Source of the DNA: Botryllus schlosseri
Lineage: Eukaryota
Direction: 5' to 3'
NCBI GenBank assembly: GCA_051294905.1
Contig: CM119372.1
Coordinates: 4,900,001 to 4,964,000, forward strand
Length of the DNA stretch: 64,000 bases
The translations under genes and the position numbers were made by a program. The notes under the pieces were generated by a model. That model was given only the letters and a program-made list of their open reading frames with translations. It was not told the origin of the DNA and made no database searches. Shown here piece by piece: positions 40,201-48,660 of this stretch (the first letter of the stretch is position 1; each line of letters starts with the position of its first letter).

Positions 40201-43200
40201 AGGCAGTTGGTGGTAGTAAGGTTATTACCAACTTATCGGACTATGAGCTGAGTGACACAGAAGAGTTGGTACTATCTCTTGGTCTTAATTTTTCTGTGCC
40301 ACCGACAGAAATCAAGCGTGAGGAAGTCTTTGCTGAATTTGAGGTATTACTTGGACAATTGTCACATCACCACCAGAAATTTGATGATGAAAGCAGAGCT
40401 AAGGAACACAGTGAGAAAATTGTGGCACTTAAAGCCAAACTAAGTAGCTTAGCGCATGGTTTTTGTGGAACTCCAATCGACAGAAGTGATTTCACGATGA
40501 CGTCCGATTGCTACAGGAGCATCAGATCCCTGAAATCCAATAAGTCAATTCACATAACCAAACCTGATAAAGGATCTGGTGTAGTCATTTTGAATAAGTG
40601 TGACTACATTTCTAAAATGGATTCAATTCTCGGCGACAAGTCTAAATTTGAAATCCTTGGCCCTGCGTGTGACAATGACAACACCTCCAAGATAGAAGCT
40701 CGTATTCAGCGTCTACTATTGACCCTCAAGAAGGCGGGAAAAATCTCTTCTGCTGAATACGACGACATCAGACCCACTGGCTCTATTCGACCACGTATGT
40801 ATGGTCTTCCGAAGACCCATAAATCGAATGTACCCTTACGTCCGATACTATCGATGGTTGGATCAGCGTATCACAAAGTCGCGAAGTGGATTGCGAGATA
40901 TCTTGAGCCGGTGAGTTTGTTCTATGGTGGTAACTGCATTCGTGACTCGTTCACATTTGCTGATACCATTCGTAATGTTGATCTCGATGAGTCCGAAATC
41001 TCTATGTGTTCGTTTGATATATCTAGTTTATTCACGAACGTGCCAGTTCAAGAGACTATAGAGATTTGTGCCAATGAACTCTATGGTGGTGTCCTTCCAT
41101 CTCCTCCATTCTCAAGGTCTTCTTTTGTTAAATTAATGCGATTGATCACTTGTGATGTCGAATTTAGTTTCAATAACACCATATATACACAGATCGATGG
41201 TGTTGCAATGGGATCGCCGCTTGGTCCCATTCTGGCTAACATTTTTGTGGGGTATTACGAAAAACGGTTATTCGAAGATATTGATCGACCATTAATGTAT
41301 CAAAGATATGTTGATGACACCTTCGCCATATTTGAAAATGAATCCCAGTGTGATTTGTTTCTGAGCAAATTGAATGGTCTTCACCCATCACTGAAATTCA
41401 CCATGGAAAAAGAGGTTAATAATTCATTAGCATTCCTTGATGTTGTAGTGGAAAAGACGGGTGCTAATTTTGTTACATCAGTTTACCGTAAGCCTACATT
41501 CAGTGGGCAATACATTTCGTGGGATTCTTTCTGTCCAGTAAAACGTAAAGTAAATTTGATAAGAACTCTGGTACACAGGGCTCTGATGATTTGTAGTAAA
41601 GTCAAACTTGATTCTGAATTGGAGAACATTCGGTCAATCTTTCAGTCAAATGGTTATCCTGATCATATCATTAAAATGACCATAGATCGTAAACTCAAAG
41701 ATTTCAGAAAAGTTAAACCGTTTGGACCTAAGAAATGTCCTGTTTATTTGCATCTTCCTTGGATTGGGAAAGTGTCCAACAGGTTTGAAAAACAAATTAA
41801 ATCGTCAGTGAGTCATTGTTTTTCACAAGTAAAACCTCAGATAATCTTCATGACGAAATCTCTGATGCCTGCAACGCAAAAGGATGTGCTACCTGCGACA
41901 AATCAAAGCAACATAATATATGAATACACGTGCCGATGTGACAGTCGGTATGTAGGTCGCACGTCTCAGCGCTTGCAGCAAAGAATTCGCCAGCATGTCC
42001 CACGGCAAATTAGAATAAATAATGTTTCTCCAACTCCTTCATCGCAGTCTGTTGACACACTGCGTGATTATGATCAAGTTACTGCTTGTAATTCGGCTAT
42101 TGGACAGCATCTCTTATCCCATCCAGAATGTGCTGATCATTACAATGACAGTCAATTTTCTATACTTGCTCGTGGCCGTTCTCTTTTTCATTTAAAGGTC
42201 CTGGAATCTACGATCATCAAGCTACGAAAGCCGATTCTCTGTCGCCAAAAGGAACGCCTCTACACTCTTGGAATATTTCATTAATGTTATGTGTTGTGTT
42301 TTCGGTTATTTATAACCGAATATGTACTCGTTAACGTTTGTTTTGTACCGTTACTACCGCATCTAGCCCGTCTACTAGTAGTTTGTTTTTGTTATTATTA
42401 CGTCATACAGACAAAATAGTTCTTACATTTCGAATTTGATTCACCCTATCACTAACGTTCGCTACTGATGAGAGTTAGTCGAAAAGCTTTTAGCGAATAA
42501 ATTAACAATATGAAGTTATTGTTTCGCGTTATACTGAATGAAAAGTAATGCAGAACATATAATACTATTAACAATACAGAAATTCATTTTAATTGCATAA
42601 AAAGGGCAAGGTGTAGTACGAGCCTTTCATTCACCCAATGTCATCAGCGACTATCGTCAATGCTGCGGTACGAATCGATGTGGATATAGCCACATTTCAG
42701 AAACAAATTGACAAGGTGCTGAATCGCATTTAGGCTGCCAAGGACAACGATATCTTCAGATCGAACCACGCCATCGTCCGGTGTTCAACTTCGCCGATTC
42801 AGGCTCCCCAACTCCGGTCCGTCGCTCAGCCTTCCCGGGGTTCGCCCACAAAGTCCTTTCGGCGGGCCTAGACCCTCATTTCGTCGGATTGGACCGACCC
42901 TACAGTACAAACCTACCATGTCGTGTGGAAGAGGGCTGACTCCTGTCGATGGCGTGTGCGAGCGTGAGTACAGTTACTCTGGAATGCTACTTGTACTTAC
43001 GTTACAAATGGTGCGTATGATTTACAGGTGTCTTCAAATATCAAGGCGTCGCACATATCAAGAAACTAAATGGGAAGGACATAACATACGAAGAAACTGT
43101 CCGGACCCCGATCACCGACGTTGTCAAGGCAGCGGTATGTTCATCAATATGTTGAATCAGTATTGGCTCCGGACATTATATTTCTCTGTATTTACTTATT

Positions 43201-46200
43201 TCTTACGTAACCAAATCCATCATCGTTTACTTGCGAAAACAAAGAGGGTATCTATTCTGTCCAGACTAATAATGTGTAACCGTCTTGGTTAGAGCCATGT
43301 CTCCACGATCTACAATAAATAAATATATTCCGCATCTGTATGAACAGTGAAAACTTCACCACTGCCGTCGACTCGTTCCCATCACGTTAAGACCAAGATT
43401 AAATAAACTAGCAAACCAATTCTCCCATTAACTGCGACTATAACAGAACAATAATTCCATTTCGTTCAATTGCTATAACCGCTTTACCGGGTTTTGTATT
43501 AAGTTATACCATAGTGTCCTATATGGTATGGACACAAGCAAATCTCACTGAGCCGTGAGATTGGTCAACGTGACACTTTCCATTTGGTCAAAGGCAATTT
43601 GACGGTAATTTTTGACTGGCTTTCCGAGCATTAAATTTGATAAAACGGGTATCAATCGAAAGCCACCGCGGTATTGATTGCGAAAATATAAGTTTTATTC
43701 TTCTCGTGGTCCTGGAACCCCCCAAAATCAGCCTCGAATGTTGCATTGTAACAAAGTTTGGTATTGCGACGAAGCCATGCCGTCTGGGAGCAGCGAAAAC
43801 CGCAAGGTTATGGGCCATCGTTGCGCAACAGATTGAGCAATGAGTATTCGCACTCTCACTCTCGTCCGCACTTTCTTCTGAGCTGCTATAGTTGCGCCAC
43901 GATACCAAACTGCATTACAATGCAACATTCAAGGCTGATTTTGGGGGTTCCAGGGCCACGAGCAGCTGTAGCTTTCGATTGATTCGCAGTAGCTTTCGAT
44001 TGATACCCGTTTTATCAAATTTAATGCTCGGAAAGCCGGTCAAAAAGCAGCGTCAAATTGACTTTGACCAAATGGAAAGTGTGACGTAAACCAATCTCAC
44101 TGAGCCGTGAGATTTGCTTGTGTCCATACCATATAGGACACTATGGTTATACCGTATAGTACATTTGTATGCCTGTAACTTATTTCATGAGAGTTAAGAC
44201 GAACCTAAGCAAATTTTAAACTTTGTAAAATGAGCCTTTGGTAAATATTGTTGAGTATAGCCCTGACAGAACTTTGTCATATTTCAGCTTGATCTCGTCC
44301 TTCGTGCATCCGGTTTGGACGGGTTCAAGGGAGTACAGGTGGTCGGCCTCAGTCGGCAGCGACCGGCGCAGAAATTCGGAGTCAACACAAATTTCCTTGT
44401 TTACGTAGCGAAGCCGGATAGCAGCGCGCGAGGAGACAGAGTTAAAAGACAGATCTACACACCCAGGTCACAGGCATGTAGCAGGACGATGCACTATAAT
44501 CATAAACGAACGATCAGACTAATGATACTATATTTTAATACACAGTCCAGGAAAACGACAACATGGGGCGTGGCAAAAAGTTACTTCATGAAATCGCTGA
44601 CGTCGATGAACGTGGAAGGCTTGATTTCAACCTCAAAAGGGACTGTACAATTCGATATATCGGAAAGCAGCGTAAAATTTTCAGGTTTGTTGACAATTTA
44701 TTCACGAGGAATAGGGGTAAAAGTTACAAAGTTACGTGATTTTGAAGATTACGATGAATGTAAGAATAAAGACCAGGACACGGATTGCCAGGCAGTTAGA
44801 TCGAGATGCATAAACACCCCGGGGTCTTACACGTGTCGTTGCAGGGAACTATTTTCTGATAGCGACCCAGACTATCCCGGCAGGCAGTGTGTGGGTAAGA
44901 ACATAGCGGCTATATGTTTTCTCGACATGGGAATTCAATTTTATTTTTGCGTATTCTTTCAGATCAGTGCATGGCATATAAATGTGAAAACGGTGGACGA
45001 TGTACCGCCAGGGTTGATGACACACCCAGATGTACTTGTCTCAAAGGTTTCATTGGCGAAAAATGCGAAATAGGTAAAGTGGCAATGAATGCGCTCTTCT
45101 CGTGATCACCGACAAACAACATAGTTTAACCGTTACAGAGGACAACGGTCCTAACTATACGTTAATCGGGGTCGCAGTTGGAGTGATAGGATTCGTGGTG
45201 GTAATCATGGGAGTGACTTGCTTCGTCTTAAGAATACTGCAAAGGCGAAAATCAGCTGCGAGGAAATCGGCTACCAAGAGTAATCGTAATGGGTATGTGT
45301 GACGTTTAACACTTGTACATGTACACATATAAGATTGGATCAATCGATGAAGGCTCTGTTAAGTCGTATTAACCGCTTGACATTAAAATAACTAACGAAA
45401 TTATTTTTCACTCCGCGCAACTCCGAAACACTGCTCAAGTGCTCGCTAGCGCTCAACGACCACGCTATAATACCTTCAAAATGATGCATAGCGTCTGAAC
45501 TCTGCTCTAAGTTGTTTTATGACGTTGAGTTGTTCAACTAACTGACATTATACATCACAAATTTTGCACGTTTCTATTGGGCTGCGCGTGGCCCCGGGCT
45601 GTGGCATTTTGTGATAGGGATCGCTTACCAGTTACCAGCCTTGCACGTCGCGATTTATGAAACACTTAGACCAGTGGTTCTCAACCGGGGGTCCGTGAAG
45701 CATTTTTAGAAGGTCCGCGAAGCCTCTAAATTTACAAAATGATTGATAACCGTATTGTTATTTTATTTTAAAAATTGCGAAATGACGAGGCACTTTCGCT
45801 TCATCATTGCTACAATTTAATGACTCACATTAACCGAATGACCGTCTGAGATGAAATATCCTACTGTGCAAACTCATTTCAATTGCCAATAGGAAAGGAA
45901 AGGACGTAGTTTATTTTTGTCCTTGATGTTTTTGCGGCATATACACCGACTCATGATACACATACACACGATCTGCGCATATGCATACCATGAGTGCATG
46001 ATGTGCATATGCCGCTGGACAAGGAAGTGCAGATATAGCCTTTACAGCTTTCTAAGTCATGCACCACCCCTCCATGCTATCCCAGTAATGCATGAGCGCC
46101 AAGCAGGGAAGCCATGGATACCAGTGTTACTAATCAGGTCTTTGGTCTGACCCGGCCGGGAATCGAACCCACGACCTACCGATCAAGAAGCCGGGCGCTT

Positions 46201-48660
46201 AACCATTACGCTATCTTGATCTTGATCAATAGCCTATTGATACAGAGAAATTGGTGTTTAGAGATGTTTTGTTGGGGTTTGTGGAACAAATTTTAAAAAG
46301 TAGCAATACTAAGGTCAATCAGCGCGATTCAAATGTTTGCAAAAATCCATTTTTCCTGCGATATACATAACCACTATTCTGGAACAACTTCGAGACGAGC
46401 TGCTAGATTGAAATGACTAGTATGGACGTTGCATGTTCAATGAAAAATATGTCTCAATTTTGCCGGCATATATGTTGCGATCATACCCAAAGGGGTCGTA
46501 GGACGCGTTGCCCATTTTCATACCATTCGCTACCATGCACATATCTTTGTGGAAATAACTTTTAAGCACTGGTTCATATCAAAGCGAAGGCGCAGATTTC
46601 CAAGACACGACCACGTATTTCAAGAAATGCAGCTGCAGAATTCGCTACCGTCTACCCAATTTCAGCATAAATAGTGTGATGTTATCTTCAAGAATACCGC
46701 TAATCATTTTGTTGTTATTTGTCACTAGCTTACAGTCAATTTTCGCAAAACACAGATGACAGTACCACGATAATTGAGCTAAATTTGAATCAAAACTTGC
46801 ATGGTGGGCCCGCGGGGGTCCTTGACAGTCGAAAAGGGGTCCGCGAAGACAAAAAGGTTGAGAACCACTGACCTAGACAGGGGTATAATATACTATCACA
46901 GCATAAGACTGAATATTATAATAATAATCAACATATGCAGTCGATTGAATCAGGCATTCTCTACAGAAATAGATAAGCAGTTCAAAATAAAACATAATAA
47001 ACATTATGGCAGAACCGAGCCTAACATCAATGCCTTGACGCGAAAACAATTCGATTAAGTGAGCGACAATGGCCTGAACTTTGGCACCACCTCAGCCATA
47101 TATTAATCGCCCGCACACACTTCGTTGTCTTATTCTGTAAATATGCACTAAAATAGTAGAAATTAAACTCACAAGACACTCACTCACGTTTCTGTCAAAC
47201 ACAGTCCGTCATCATCCGGAGATTCCAGCTGTTCCAATGATCACGGGAAGAAAACTCGAAGAGCTTACCTGCAGCCTGATGTAGCGAATGCATCACGTTC
47301 AACACCAGACGACGGTGGGTTTATCAACAATCATATCTGTTTACCTTAACCCGCACAGCACAGGTACCGTGGAGCTATATATCCGGTGGATTTAGTTCGT
47401 AGTTTCCTGCAGCAAACGAAATCCATATGCAAATAGTGCACTGTTACTGCGCACGTCTAATGAGCTCGCAACCAACTTGGAGGACGCATATCAGTCAGAA
47501 CACATAACTTCTGAGCCTTGTAGCCCAGGCTCAGTACCGTAACAGCATACACTCTCGTCGCTTATGCAGGCGTAACAAGCAGATTTATTCTATGCACGAG
47601 AACAAACTATATCCATCACTATTTCCTCGCTACACCTCATTTTATTAACTTGCAGTTGACTTTGCTTAATTCATTCGCATCCTAAAACCACCAATCAATG
47701 ACGAATCTCAAAACTTATCTGTAAGTATGTGAGCACTCGAGCGTGGAATTCGGCCTTAACCTCGCATGCCATGAATTATAGCACTATAGAGAAGTGATTC
47801 TCGGCCGCCAGTCCTTGTCAAGTTTCCTGTCGGTACGCCAAATGTAGAATTTAATATCTCAATTCCAAAAAGCGACAAGTCGGGCGCTTGACCATTAAAT
47901 AGAAATATAAAAGATCGAATTTTAAATATATTTTGAAGTGTATGAAAAGTATTTTTGTATGGTAGCGCAATGGAGATTTCATGCCTACAACTCGTTTCAG
48001 AGAAGTTATATGTAAACACTACGGAGACTTTTCAACAAACTTAATTAAGAGTGATTTTTAGTTTTTGAGGGTTCACCGGTCCGCAAGATTTGTTTCCAAG
48101 TTTTACTGGTCCGCCAGGTCGAAAAGGTTGAAAACCACCATCCGTACTAATGTACAAAGCACAATCCTCCAATTAGTATACGACGACCGCATTTGGCAAA
48201 ACACGTGATCTTCACTCATATAGTAATAGGCCTGGTACTCGTCTCATATATGCTATATGCCTGACATTCTGTAGTAGCCTAGCCTATTGTGTTACATGTT
48301 ATCGAATATCTAGATCTACGGAGCAGCCCAGTCGCAAAAGTGTCAAACACAAGCAACGCCGCAGTTCCACCTAGACCTCCGAAACCGCCACAGTACAACA
48401 ACAATGAATTTGAAGCTTCTCCGCCGCCGGATTTGCCACCGCGTCGGCCGTCACTATTGGATGACGACAGCACAGGGTCTAATACCCCTCCTACACCGCC
48501 GCCCAAGAGAAAACATATTCTTATGGAGACTGAAATGAAGCACGAAGATCTTCATTCCCGTCCGCCCCCACCTCCGCCGAGGGGTAACGCGGGTTCAAAT
48601 ACGGATGAACCAGTCGACACGCCTCCGCAGTTGCCACCAAAGCCGCTTCGCATATCCTGA
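16225..48660 (+). CDS. Multi-exon single-pass membrane glycoprotein: signal peptide, ~4 FN3-SEA-EGF modules, Thr/Pro mucin linkers, SEA-EGF-EGF, TM, probable Pro-rich tail (uromodulin-like-1-type domain mix, no ZP seen)
   Basis: Signal-peptide exon 16225-16297 (MVAVPSISVQICLIVSLLQV). FN3 exons at 16632, 18471, 18708, 19541, 21427, 23464, 24350, 27560, 28202. EGF exons at 20978, 23253, 27197, 32211, 44748, 44963. SEA-like exons near 22200, 24617, 28429, 43028, 44288. TM exon 45139-45292. Splice phases are compatible wherever I checked. Linkage of the cytoplasmic exons (46.9-48.7 kb) is less certain. Confidence 0.8.
17095..18350. mobile_element. Non-autonomous hAT-like transposon, same family as 9356-10643, intronic
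   Basis: CAGAGGTGGT...ACCACCTCTG, TSD CCTATAAT/TCTATAAT. Confidence 0.85.
18471..18852 (+). CDS. FN3-coding exons of the membrane protein (18471-18650, 18708-18852)
   Basis: YKLSKLPYGDEYFFEVRG and APDKPEDFRVVP...MAVSWKKP...GDIKAYIIQY, separated by a 57-nt GT-AG intron. Confidence 0.8.
23253..23397 (+). CDS. Calcium-binding EGF exon
   Basis: DFAECGTQYQDCGGNICKNTLGSFTCECPHGHVDVSEDYGRLPGRKC. Confidence 0.85.
24164..24210 (+). ncRNA. Minimal type I hammerhead ribozyme (family 2) in a ~120-bp solo pLTR-like repeat (24118-24240)
   Basis: ACCC-CTGACGA-G-TGTCAGC-C-GAAA-ATAT-TC|GGGT: intact core, palindromic AATATT stem III, UUC cleavage triplet, loop II complementary to upstream GCTGACA. Confidence 0.8.
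27197..27349 (+). CDS. Calcium-binding EGF exon
   Basis: DFDECNSTWSDCSLDGNCTNTAPGYTCTCREGYVDKG...AGRVC. Confidence 0.85.
29077..31649. mobile_element. hAT-like non-autonomous transposon with (GTAATC)n subterminal arrays and two nested MITEs
   Basis: TIR CAGACATGGGGT / ACCCCATGTCTG, perfect TSD ACTAGAAC. Confidence 0.88.
30186..31126. mobile_element. Nested hAT (Buster-like) MITE, itself containing a CAGTGGTGGC element at 30628-31079
   Basis: TIR CAGGGGTCACCAAC / GTTGGTGACCCCTG, TSD TACTGGAG/TACTAGAG. Confidence 0.8.
32211..32712 (+). CDS. Ca-binding EGF exon and Thr/Pro-rich mucin-like exon
   Basis: DFNECKSDDFMDCDQNAECRNVDGTFFCNCGPGYTD...RGRKC, then TTTTTTTTATTTTIAQP...PRLPPRTP; donor at 32713. 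Confidence 0.85.
33101..34336. mobile_element. hAT (Buster/Charlie-like) MITE
   Basis: TIR CAGAGGTCTCAAAC / GTTTGAGACCTCTG, perfect TSD CTCTAGAG, GCGGGCCGC subterminal motifs. Confidence 0.88.
34847..34894 (-). ncRNA. Minimal hammerhead ribozyme in the pLTR of the inverted arm
   Basis: Exact reverse complement of 39673-39720. Confidence 0.85.
35061..37320 (-). pseudogene. Inverted, 5'-truncated PLE RT/GIY-YIG ORF with a +1 frameshift at ~36602-36607
   Basis: Matches the ORF at 40026-42284 except for a T6 run where the + copies have A5, which splits it into ORFs 36589-37350 and 35061-36548. Confidence 0.88.
37332..39506 (+). CDS. 5'-truncated PLE reverse transcriptase/GIY-YIG ORF (724 aa)
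   Basis: Same sequence as residues 127-850 of the full-length ORF; begins at the inversion junction. Confidence 0.88.
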   Translation: MAKIDARKEDEKVRQNERNISLLLKTRYGTKAVGGSKVITNLSDYELSDTEELVLSLGLNFSVPPTEIKREEVFAEFEVLLGQLSHHHQKFDDESRAKEHSEKIVALKAKLSSLAHGFCGTPIDRSDFTMTSDCYRSIRSLKSNKSIHITKPDKGSGVVILNKCDYISKMDSILGDKSKFEILGPACDNDNTSKIEARIQRLLLTLKKAGKISSAEYDDIRPTGSIRPRMYGLPKTHKSNVPLRPILSMVGSAYHKVAKWIARYLEPVSLFYGGNCIRDSFTFADTIRNVDLDESEISMCSFDISSLFTNVPVQETIEICANELYGGVLPSPPFSRSSFVKLMRLITCDVEFSFNNTIYTQIDGVAMGSPLGPILANIFVGYYEKRLFEDIDRPLMYQRYVDDTFAIFENESQCDLFLSKLNGLHPSLKFTMEKEVNNSLAFLDVVVEKTGANFVTSVYRKPTFSGQYISWDSFCPVKRKVNLIRTLVHRALMICSKVKLDSELENIRSIFQSNGYPDHIIKMTIDRKLKDFRKVKPFGPKKCPVYLHLPWIGKVSNRFEKQIKSSVSHCFSQVKPQIIFMTKSLMPATQKDVLPATNQSNIIYEYTCRCDSRYVGRTSQRLQQRIRQHVPRQIRINNVSPTPSSQSVDTLRDYDQVTACNSAIGQHLLSHPECADHYNDSQFSILARGRSLFHLKVLESTIIKLRKPILCRQKERLYTLGIFH
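39507..39781 (+). repeat. Pseudo-LTR (3' UTR + hammerhead + ORF start)
   Basis: Repeated at 42285-42532 (direct) and 34786-35060 (inverted). Confidence 0.9.
39673..39720 (+). ncRNA. Minimal type I hammerhead ribozyme in the PLE pLTR
   Basis: GTTCGCTA-CTGATGA-G-AGTTAGT-C-GAAA-AGCT-TT|TAGCGAAT: 8-bp stem I, CUGAUGA/GAAA core, palindromic AAGCTT stem III. Predicted cleavage after 39712. Confidence 0.88.
39732..42284 (+). CDS. Full-length Penelope-like element protein: reverse transcriptase + GIY-YIG endonuclease (850 aa), Penelope/Poseidon-type
   Basis: Motifs KPDKG, PRMYGLPKTHK..PLRPI, SFDISSLFTNVP, QIDGVAMGSPLGP, YQRYVDDTF, LAFLDV, VYRKPT; C-terminal NIIYEYTCRCDSRYVGRT...RIRQH and SAIGQHL. 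Confidence 0.96.
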   Translation: MKLLFRVILKFCTTNHLFKYFRKRYSDQQLEILNKLVRTRGKIRNLRYHVAFLKACIKKRVVPKFLKTRIEKSRARINSRIESAFLHDEIENSVKEMSTVTQRCAKLKQQAVQFLSYFDLIRFCRYMAKIDARKEDEKVRQNERNISLLLKTRYGTKAVGGSKVITNLSDYELSDTEELVLSLGLNFSVPPTEIKREEVFAEFEVLLGQLSHHHQKFDDESRAKEHSEKIVALKAKLSSLAHGFCGTPIDRSDFTMTSDCYRSIRSLKSNKSIHITKPDKGSGVVILNKCDYISKMDSILGDKSKFEILGPACDNDNTSKIEARIQRLLLTLKKAGKISSAEYDDIRPTGSIRPRMYGLPKTHKSNVPLRPILSMVGSAYHKVAKWIARYLEPVSLFYGGNCIRDSFTFADTIRNVDLDESEISMCSFDISSLFTNVPVQETIEICANELYGGVLPSPPFSRSSFVKLMRLITCDVEFSFNNTIYTQIDGVAMGSPLGPILANIFVGYYEKRLFEDIDRPLMYQRYVDDTFAIFENESQCDLFLSKLNGLHPSLKFTMEKEVNNSLAFLDVVVEKTGANFVTSVYRKPTFSGQYISWDSFCPVKRKVNLIRTLVHRALMICSKVKLDSELENIRSIFQSNGYPDHIIKMTIDRKLKDFRKVKPFGPKKCPVYLHLPWIGKVSNRFEKQIKSSVSHCFSQVKPQIIFMTKSLMPATQKDVLPATNQSNIIYEYTCRCDSRYVGRTSQRLQQRIRQHVPRQIRINNVSPTPSSQSVDTLRDYDQVTACNSAIGQHLLSHPECADHYNDSQFSILARGRSLFHLKVLESTIIKLRKPILCRQKERLYTLGIFH
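42451..42498 (+). ncRNA. Minimal hammerhead ribozyme in the terminal pLTR
   Basis: Identical to 39673-39720, 2778 bp downstream. Confidence 0.88.
43510..44145. mobile_element. Foldback MITE with very long TIRs (P-element/Galileo-like ends)
   Basis: CATAGTGTCCTATATGG... / ...CCATATAGGACACTATG; near-palindromic over most of its length; 7-bp TSD GTTATAC. Confidence 0.85.
44748..45292 (+). CDS. Juxtamembrane EGF, EGF and transmembrane exons
   Basis: DYDECKNKDQDTDCQ...CINTPGSYTCRC...PGRQC; DQCMAYKCENGGRC...CTCLKGFIGEKCE; TLIGVAVGVIGFVVVIMGVTCFVL followed by basic RILQRRK. Confidence 0.88.
45672..46870. mobile_element. hAT (Buster-like) MITE carrying a SINE insertion
   Basis: TIR CAGTGGTTCTCAACC, TSD ACTTAGAC/ACCTAGAC; colinear with 62263-63190. 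Confidence 0.88.
45891..46227 (-). mobile_element. tRNA-derived SINE
   Basis: Minus strand GATAGCGTAATGGTTAAGCG (A box) ... GGTTCGATTCCC (B box), body CCAAAGAC...GGTATCC..GCTTCCCTGCTTGGCGCTCA, (TTTCC)n tail, CAATAG on both flanks; absent from the sister MITE at 62.5 kb. Confidence 0.85.

Larger units (their letters stand above)
34786..42532. mobile_element. Penelope-like retroelement insertion: inverted 5'-truncated arm + 5'-truncated copy + full-length copy, three pseudo-LTRs
   Basis: Three essentially identical RT-GIY-YIG copies with a 2778-bp repeat period. TSD ACTGAATGAAAA at 34775-34786 and 42533-42544. Inversion junction with TACGGT microhomology at 37315-37320. Confidence 0.95.

Noticed and set aside
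34786..42532. LTR retrotransposon, DIRS element, or bacterial retron/group II intron
   Set aside because: No gag, protease, integrase, RNase H or tyrosine recombinase; RT fused to a C-terminal GIY-YIG with pLTRs is diagnostic of Penelope-like elements.
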